From positions 23,986 to 87,985 of the IMG/VR virus record IMGVR_UViG_3300028549_000249: 64,000 nt of DNA, one strand, 5' to 3'. Source of the DNA: a virus. Taxonomy: Duplodnaviria > Caudoviricetes. The position numbers and the translations under genes were made by a program. The notes below the pieces were generated by a model that searched no databases, had not been told where the DNA came from, and saw only the letters and a list, made by a program, of their open reading frames with translations. This document shows, piece after piece, positions 58,085 to 64,000 of the stretch (position 1 is its first letter; every line of letters starts with the position of its first letter).

Positions 58085-59074
58085 ATGCCTCCACTGCTAC
58101 GTCAACCGCAGGCTTCTGCACGAGCAAACGCTCTGGCCACCCGACACCGTCCTTCTAACCTGAAGATATTTTTGCGGTATCGCAAGTCGGCGGTCCCTGA
58201 GGGTGGATGGACTCACGAGAACTTCGTGGGCAAGGCGCGAGTAAAGCTACGCCTCGACATGCTGTTCGTTCACCGCGCCGCCGTCGCTCGCATGATGCGC
58301 GGAAAGACGAAGGAGCTGGAGCGTGTGATCATCGGCCAGATCGAACGGATACTCGCCAAGGTTGAGCGTGGATACACCAGCCTCTATGGTGTCCCGCTGA
58401 AGGACGCAAAGGCGGAGGTTCACTTCGATGTCCCCTCGCACGCTTCAATGTGGGCGACCGCCATTGATACCGAGATGCAGAACGCAGGGCACGAGGTGTC
58501 GGTGGTCATGGGTCCGTCGCTCCAGTCCGTTGCCGATGACGTCTACGGTAAGGTTGCAATCCTCCTCGGCCACAAGCCAACCCGCAGGCAGATTCAGTCC
58601 CTCGGTGTTCGTGTCAGGACTTTGGCTAGAAACGTCACCCAGATAAACAACACCACCAAGCGCCTGCTTCAAGAGACCATAGCCGATTCGATGCGCCAAA
58701 ACCACACCGTGTTCGAGACCATCGCACAGGTAAGGGATAAGATTCCAAGCATCGCATCTAACAGGGTTGCTACCATCGTGCGGACTGAAGTTGGCCGTGC
58801 GTCGGACCAAGCCATCAAAGCCGCGATGGTGGACGGCGGGACCGTCACCCACTTCGATGTCATCGGCTGCCAGAAGGTTGAGCCTCGTGGTCCCACCTTC
58901 CAAGGGGTGCCAACATGCAACATCGAAGGGGTGCCTATCGCATACGAGAACCAGATTGAGTTCCACATCAACCACACTGGGTGCATTGTCGCCTCCATGT
59001 TCAGGACTCTGGCTGGTGAGGTTCCAGAGGATCCCGGACTCCATACAGGCGAAGAATTGCTCACGATTGAGTAG
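58085..59074 (+). CDS. head morphogenesis protein (Mu F / SPP1 gp7-like)
   Basis: INNTT..L, RVATIVRTEV, HINHTGC; follows portal. Confidence 0.75.
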   Translation: MPPLLRQPQASARANALATRHRPSNLKIFLRYRKSAVPEGGWTHENFVGKARVKLRLDMLFVHRAAVARMMRGKTKELERVIIGQIERILAKVERGYTSLYGVPLKDAKAEVHFDVPSHASMWATAIDTEMQNAGHEVSVVMGPSLQSVADDVYGKVAILLGHKPTRRQIQSLGVRVRTLARNVTQINNTTKRLLQETIADSMRQNHTVFETIAQVRDKIPSIASNRVATIVRTEVGRASDQAIKAAMVDGGTVTHFDVIGCQKVEPRGPTFQGVPTCNIEGVPIAYENQIEFHINHTGCIVASMFRTLAGEVPEDPGLHTGEELLTIE

Positions 59075-59083
59075 TTTCTACTT

Positions 59084-59215
59084 CTGTTAGAAAAGTATAG
59101 CCCTAGATTGCGCTAGGATGCCTCAGGGCGTGCCGATACCTTACTCATGGGTATCGTGTCGGAAATCCAGTTGCGAACGATCCTGGACAAATCGACTCTA
59201 ACACTTTTCTAACAG
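59084..59215. repeat. complete 132-bp element with 13-bp terminal inverted repeats
   Basis: CTGTTAGAAAAGT (59084-96) ... ACTTTTCTAACAG (59203-15). Confidence 0.9.
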
Positions 59216-59262
59216 TTGAAATAACCCTTGCAAAGGTTTTGGATCTAGGCCATATTGCGTGC

Positions 59263-60131
59263 ATGTCCAATCCATTCCTCCGCCAGTCCCGTTTGCCAGC
59301 CGTCCTTCCGGTAGTCACCGACAAGATGCTCCGCGAAGAAGCCGCCGCCTTTCAAGCCTACCGCGATTCTGAGGACGCCAAAAAATTCAAAGTCAAAACG
59401 CAGTTCGGGTTTTCCCGCTACTCCACCGAAGAGCAAGCCAAGGAGTTCGCCGCCACGCTCAAGGAGCCATACTGCATCCTTTCCTGTAAGTCTAACCACA
59501 ATAGAAAATACCACAATGAGCATCCAAGAAAAGTCGAGGCTACCTCATCCTACGCACAGCAACTCATTCGCGCAGGGTGGGCACGAAACGCCGCCATCGC
59601 TAACAGCCAGAACCTCCACCGCCTCTCCGACAAGAGGATGAAGGAGGTCGAAGCTCTTGTCCCAACCATCCACCACGACAGCAAATGAAACCAAGATTCA
59701 CTCAAGACGAGAAGAGCGCGTGGGTGCTCACGGCACTCACTCCGCTACTGGATTCAGGACACCCTACCCGAAGCGTGGGCGTCTCTGCACTCAGCCTCGT
59801 TTTATCGGCGAGTGCTAGAACGCGCTGCCGACCTCGGCTATGCCACTCGCCTAACCACACCCACTATGGGATGCCGCAGATACAAACTCCATAGCTAATG
59901 AAAACTTTCGCAGCCCTTAAAGAAGTGAGAGGAAAGATCCACCTGTGCGGCGAGGGCTGCACTTCGGTTGAGGCATGGGATGATGCGTTCGGACCTCTAG
60001 GTCTGGACCGTAGCCGCCGCGCCTTTGCCGATGGTGCCTACGTGAAGGAGGTCGATCAGTTTCAGTTGGCGCGTTACCGCCGTCGCCCTCTCAAACGCGA
60101 AGTGGCTGATTTGACCGTCGGTCAAAACTGA
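59263..60131 (+). CDS. accessory cassette of three small ORFs (59263..59688, 59685..59894, 59898..60131)
   Basis: Leaderless MSNPF start; inserted between head morphogenesis and protease genes. Confidence 0.6.
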
Positions 60132-60182
60132 GCTTGCCTCCTGTGAGTTGTCGGGGTAGTTTCATCGCAAGCTACTCCGACC

Positions 60183-61031
60183 ATGCCACTCATCCAAATT
60201 TTCAAGGGAGCAATCCCGCAGCCGCAGCCTGAGTCCAAATCACCGAACATCGGGAAGACGGCGTTCTTTCGGGTGTCCTCAAACGGGACCACCATTGCAG
60301 GTGTCCTGCGCGATGTGAAGGGGTCCATGGGAGTCATCGCCCTCGCAGTTCCTAACGGCGACGGCGTGTTGGTGGTCTCGAAGAATGCTACCTTGGAAGT
60401 TCCACTGGATAGCCTGAAGTTCGCAGAAGCCTCGTGCATCGAAGGTTGCGACGTCCGCGAGTGGGAGTCGAATCAACCTGTAGAGAACACGAAGTCAGTT
60501 GCGGTCAAGGATGGAGACGGAAACGTCGTGGACTATAAGGACGTCACCTTCGATGGTTATGGCTCCACGTTCCAAGGCACCACCCCTGAAGATCGCGATG
60601 GCGACTACATCCTCGAAAACGCTTTCGACGCCACCATGAAGGAGTTCAAGGCGAATCCGGTCATGCTCACCGACCACACTCGCAAGGTTGCTAACCTCAT
60701 GGGGTCCTACTCGAAGATCGGAAAGACGGCGCGTGGTCTCGCCCTCACTGGCAACATCACTAACAGCCCGCACCCTGACGCGAAGCACGTTCGCGCCCTT
60801 GTCGCCGAGGGGCACCTGAAGACCCTCTCCATCGGAGGAATGTTCTTCTATCTTGACGACTGGAAAGGCATCCAAGAGATCCGCCTCTATGAGGTTTCCC
60901 TCGTCACCGTGCCTGCGAATCCAGACGCGACGTTCTCGGTTCGCACTATCAATGCCGACACCGCTGAGAAGGCATTCGCCTTCCACTCGAAGCTCCACGG
61001 CGGAGAGGTCCGCTCCAAGATCAAATTTTAA
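60183..61031 (+). CDS. prohead maturation protease (HK97 family)
   Basis: FDGYGSTF, DRDGD, PVMLTDH, LSIGG, LYEVSLVTVPANPDA. Confidence 0.92.
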   Translation: MPLIQIFKGAIPQPQPESKSPNIGKTAFFRVSSNGTTIAGVLRDVKGSMGVIALAVPNGDGVLVVSKNATLEVPLDSLKFAEASCIEGCDVREWESNQPVENTKSVAVKDGDGNVVDYKDVTFDGYGSTFQGTTPEDRDGDYILENAFDATMKEFKANPVMLTDHTRKVANLMGSYSKIGKTARGLALTGNITNSPHPDAKHVRALVAEGHLKTLSIGGMFFYLDDWKGIQEIRLYEVSLVTVPANPDATFSVRTINADTAEKAFAFHSKLHGGEVRSKIKF

Positions 61032-61159
61032 CATTGACGAAACCGCCTAACGGTAACATCGTCACAACCAAGATTTCTCCTCACTCATCTGAACCCCAGC
61101 GGTAGTAAGGTTGATAGCGGAAAGCCAGACCAAACCAACCACTATACATTCGACTCATT

Positions 61160-62869
61160 ATGAAAATGAAACACGCTGAACTGCTCCGGTTGAAGGCTCT
61201 GTCCGCCAAGGCGGCTGCAAGCCTTACTGCCGATGAAGTGACGGAACTCGCTTCCCTCAAATCCAAGGCCGCTGCCGCAAGCATCGACCTCGCCAAGCTG
61301 GATGACGCTATCGAAGCTGCCAAGGCAGCCGAAGCCACCCAGATCACCGATGAAGACCTCACCGCCCTGATCGGCAAAGCGGTTACCGCTGCCATGAAGG
61401 AATCCGGCGTGGATGAAGACGGCATGGTCGATAAGATCAAAGCCGCTATCTCCGCTGTCGGTGCGAACGCCATCACACCTGAGAAGGTTTCCGAGATTGT
61501 CAAGGAGCACCTTGGCGGTCATGGCATCGATCAAGCAGCCCTCATCGCCGAGATCACCAAGTCCATTCCAAAGGACGCGCTGACCTCGACTGAACTTGCG
61601 AAGGCTCTCGACAAGTTCGCCGCTTCGATCCGTCAGCCCTCGAAGATGGTCTTCGACGATCCTTACGCCAAGGATTTCCCGATTGAACACCGCTCCGGTA
61701 ACTTGAGTGTTGCTGAGAAGCAGTTGCTCAACGTCTGCATGCAGCACGTTTCGCCTGAGAAGAAGTTGGAGATGAAGTCGAAAGGCATCACCATCCCAAC
61801 TTCGATGAACGACGGAATCACCGAAGAGCAACTGAAGGCAGCGCAAAACGCTGGCCTCGTTGCGATGAAGCGTGCTCGTCACCAAGCCCTCTACGGCAAG
61901 GCCCTCACCACTAGCGGTGCTGGTTCCGGTGCCGAGTTGATTCCTACCGACCTGTCGGGCGAGTTGATGACCCGCATGTATCTCGAAAGCCAGTTGGCTG
62001 CCGAGTTCGTGGCGTCGGAAATCGACATGCCTACCAACCCGTTCATGTTCCCTCTGACCACCGACCGCACCCGCTTCTACACGGGTTCGGAGGCTCCAGC
62101 GAACAACCCAACCGCGAGTGAGCCTACCACTGGCGACCTCACCTTGACTGCTTCCAAGCTGATCGGCATGTCCGAGTATAGCTACGAGGCAGACGAAGAC
62201 GCGATCATCGCTTGCTTGCCGCTCCTGTTGGAAAACATGAGTTCAGGTGCCGCTGACGCTCTCGAAGGTGCGCTCATTAATGGTGACACCACCGCTACCC
62301 ACATGGACGATGACACCGCCGCTGGCAACCACGCGAAGCTCTTCAAAGGCTTCCGTAAGTTGGCCCTCGCTGGTTCGTCCAAGAAGGTCCTCACGGGTGG
62401 CATCACCGCCGCTAACATCGCCGCAATGCGCAAGCAGATGCTCCGCTGGGGTATCCGCCCACGCGACCTGATGTTGATTTGTGGCTCTAACGGCTACAAC
62501 GACATCGTGAACCTTGCGGAGACCCTCACCTTTGACAAGGTGGGCAATGCCAACGCTGCACGCATCCTCACGGGTGAAGCTGGCAGCATCTATGGCATTC
62601 GCCTCGTGGTCTCCTCGCAAGTGCGCGAAGACCTGAATGCCACGGGTGTCTATGAGACCGCTGGTGTTCACACCCAAGGTTCGATCCTCATGGTTCACCG
62701 TCCGAGCTGGATGCTTGGTGTGCGTCGTGGTTTCACCGTTGAGGTGGATGTGGACAAGAAGCGCCAGATCAACTCTGTGATCGCTTCCTTCCGCCGCGCA
62801 TTCATGCCGAAAGAGCCACCCTCCGTGTCTCTGCCAACGGTGGTCCTCGGATATGGTTACGCCGCCTAA
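61160..62869 (+). CDS. major capsid protein (HK97 fold) with long N-terminal scaffold/delta domain
   Basis: Helical Ala/Lys N-terminus, GAELIPT..S, ALEGALINGD, IYGIRLV; follows protease. Confidence 0.88.
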   Translation: MKMKHAELLRLKALSAKAAASLTADEVTELASLKSKAAAASIDLAKLDDAIEAAKAAEATQITDEDLTALIGKAVTAAMKESGVDEDGMVDKIKAAISAVGANAITPEKVSEIVKEHLGGHGIDQAALIAEITKSIPKDALTSTELAKALDKFAASIRQPSKMVFDDPYAKDFPIEHRSGNLSVAEKQLLNVCMQHVSPEKKLEMKSKGITIPTSMNDGITEEQLKAAQNAGLVAMKRARHQALYGKALTTSGAGSGAELIPTDLSGELMTRMYLESQLAAEFVASEIDMPTNPFMFPLTTDRTRFYTGSEAPANNPTASEPTTGDLTLTASKLIGMSEYSYEADEDAIIACLPLLLENMSSGAADALEGALINGDTTATHMDDDTAAGNHAKLFKGFRKLALAGSSKKVLTGGITAANIAAMRKQMLRWGIRPRDLMLICGSNGYNDIVNLAETLTFDKVGNANAARILTGEAGSIYGIRLVVSSQVREDLNATGVYETAGVHTQGSILMVHRPSWMLGVRRGFTVEVDVDKKRQINSVIASFRRAFMPKEPPSVSLPTVVLGYGYAA

Positions 62870-62916
62870 GCCGGCCAAAAGATTCCAGTAGGGTGCCCTC
62901 CCTGATTGGTAGCACG

Positions 62917-62952
62917 CCGTCCATCCTCGAAAGGGGGTGGGCGGTTTGTTTT
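62917..62952 (+). terminator. intrinsic terminator after MCP
   Basis: 12-bp stem with GAAA loop, then TTTGTTTT running into the palindrome 62950. Confidence 0.8.
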
Positions 62953-63044
62953 GACCGTCGGTCAAATTACCGTTAGCGAATTTCGTATTGCTTACTAAGC
63001 CCCTCCGAGGTAGAACGTCTACGAGCTACCCGTCAGAGAAACAC

Positions 63045-63641
63045 ATGAAAAAAGTAAAATACCTAGGAAAGCCCGCCAACATAGGTAGGTTTGGGATGAT
63101 CGAAAAGGGCGCAGTGCTCGACATGTTTGAGATCGAATGGGATTCAGTCCTGAATGACTCAGACTATAAGTTGCTGTCCCCTCTCCCAACGAAACAGGAG
63201 AAGGAGGCCGCTTCCGCTGTGGCCCCTCTCCGCACCGAACAGTTCAACCTCACTTCTATCCCGTGGGATAGTTCGAGGTTGTTTAACCTGTTAGTCGCTC
63301 GGTTCTCACGCTCTCAGTGTGAGGTCCTACTCTCCGCCATGCGCTACGTCGGCTGCAAGATCCGAAAGGTATCCGAGATCGATAACCGCATGACCCTCGC
63401 CGACCTCGCAGTCGAAGCGTCCCGTCTTTCCGGCTGGAACCTTCTCGACAAAAATAAGTTGAATAGCTTTTCGGCCTTGGGGGTGTATACTCCAGCGAGT
63501 TCGGCCAAAGCTGCCCAACCCGAAGAGGTTAACCCCTCCGAGGACGCCGAAACAACTCTGCCGGACTCTCCGGTTGAACCAAAACAGGCAATCGCCACTG
63601 TGGTCCGCAAACGCGCACCTCGTGTGGTTGCCGCAACATAA
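63045..63641 (+). CDS. hypothetical protein (head region)
   Basis: ATG 63045; tail VVRKRAPRVVAAT. Confidence 0.7.
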   Translation: MKKVKYLGKPANIGRFGMIEKGAVLDMFEIEWDSVLNDSDYKLLSPLPTKQEKEAASAVAPLRTEQFNLTSIPWDSSRLFNLLVARFSRSQCEVLLSAMRYVGCKIRKVSEIDNRMTLADLAVEASRLSGWNLLDKNKLNSFSALGVYTPASSAKAAQPEEVNPSEDAETTLPDSPVEPKQAIATVVRKRAPRVVAAT

Positions 63642-63650
63642 CACAAGCCA

Positions 63651-63899
63651 GTGAACATCAACAAAGCAACACTCAGTAAAGCCCTAACAGACTTGGGCGC
63701 AGGGGAGCAGGCGGTGGGTAATGCCATCTCGCGCTTCGATCAATGCACTTCGGACGCAGAACGCACCGCGCTCTACACCGAACTCACCAAGAAGGCTGGC
63801 ACCAAAAAAGGCGGCCAAGACAAAGCCGCTCCGGTGGCCGATGAAGCCGCCGAAGGTGACCCAGAGCAGCCTGCGAAGGGCGTGGTGAAAACCAAGTAA
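63651..63899 (+). CDS. small hypothetical protein
   Basis: GTG start, 82 aa. Confidence 0.6.
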   Translation: MNINKATLSKALTDLGAGEQAVGNAISRFDQCTSDAERTALYTELTKKAGTKKGGQDKAAPVADEAAEGDPEQPAKGVVKTK

Positions 63900-64000
63900 T
63901 ACTTCGCCTAACAAGTAAACCTAGCAAAGTCATGCCACTCGAAAAGCCATATTGCTCTCTCCTCGATGTTCAGCGCGAAACCAAAAGCTCTGGTTCGGAG

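Larger units (their letters stand above)
4445..59262 (+). promoter_or_regulatory. family of sigma70-like phage promoters TTGCAA-AGG-N14-(C/T)ATCCT-like, 18 copies
   Basis: -35 hexamer starts: 4445, 7503, 10560, 18470, 22277, 24035, 25530 (TTACAA), 26806, 33671, 35315, 40752, 41714, 42501, 45274, 47618, 50511, 52313, 59228; mostly 17-bp spacer; related TTGAC variants at 28055 and ~55735. Confidence 0.85.
2431..62966. repeat. dispersed 17-bp palindrome family TTTGACCG(T/A)CGGTCAAA, 19 copies
   Basis: Starts: 2431, 3082, 5265, 7460, 10615, 17042, 18437, 22823, 25489, 28033, 31591, 36054, 40610, 42459, 46340, 50466, 55851, 60110, 62950 (0-2 mismatches). Confidence 0.95.

Noticed and set aside
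395-63915. Integron attC array suggested by CTAAC/GTTAG cores resembling RYYYAAC/GTTRRRY and stops inside CTAAC
   Set aside because: Most CTAAC sites run straight into the next gene with no 57-141-bp palindrome. The 132-bp element has its cores in the opposite order, and no integron integrase is in the window. Only 18181-18222 is attC-like, and it is too short.
1-64000. Minus-strand ORFs in the six-frame track (e.g. 11028..11417, 30840..31466, 62243..62965)
   Set aside because: Shadows of well-supported plus-strand genes; no motifs or expression signals
1-64000. Stop-codon recoding
   Set aside because: Conserved genes are intact under code 11 and end in TAA, TGA and TAG

Overview
64 kb of a large dsDNA tailed phage genome (HK97-fold head, GC roughly 55-58% by eye, standard code 11, essentially all genes on the + strand). 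Left part (1-21 kb): a self-sufficient replication/recombination module (lambda-O-like initiator with internal iterons, degenerate DnaC-like loader, DnaB, UDG-fused family A polymerase, primase, SSB, SF2 helicase, RecA, Cas4-like nuclease, resolvases, RNase H; ATP-dependent ligase at 25.8 kb). 28-33.5 kb: a coupled putative DNA-modification operon (two PPW-type methyltransferase-like proteins, a glycosyltransferase, a PAPS-reductase/IbrA-like protein, three ParB/Srx proteins), plus a TAGT/GREB1-like glycosyltransferase at 46.6 kb. Head genes (TerS, intein-containing TerL, portal, head morphogenesis, protease, MCP) are interrupted by blocks of small accessory genes. Layers not explained by the gene list: (1) 19 copies of a 17-bp palindrome TTTGACCGTCGGTCAAA, inside and between genes; (2) a family of TTGCAAAGG promoters placing ATG exactly 6 nt after the -10 box (leaderless), several preceded by a repeated element (132 bp in its two complete copies) with 13-bp terminal inverted repeats; (3) strong genome-wide enrichment of CTAACA/TGTTAG; (4) a terminal RKRxR-type basic peptide on many unrelated proteins; (5) a TerL intein whose HNH endonuclease is encoded in a different reading frame; (6) a candidate ~325-nt structured ncRNA. 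Family assignments come from motif recognition by eye, not database searches.
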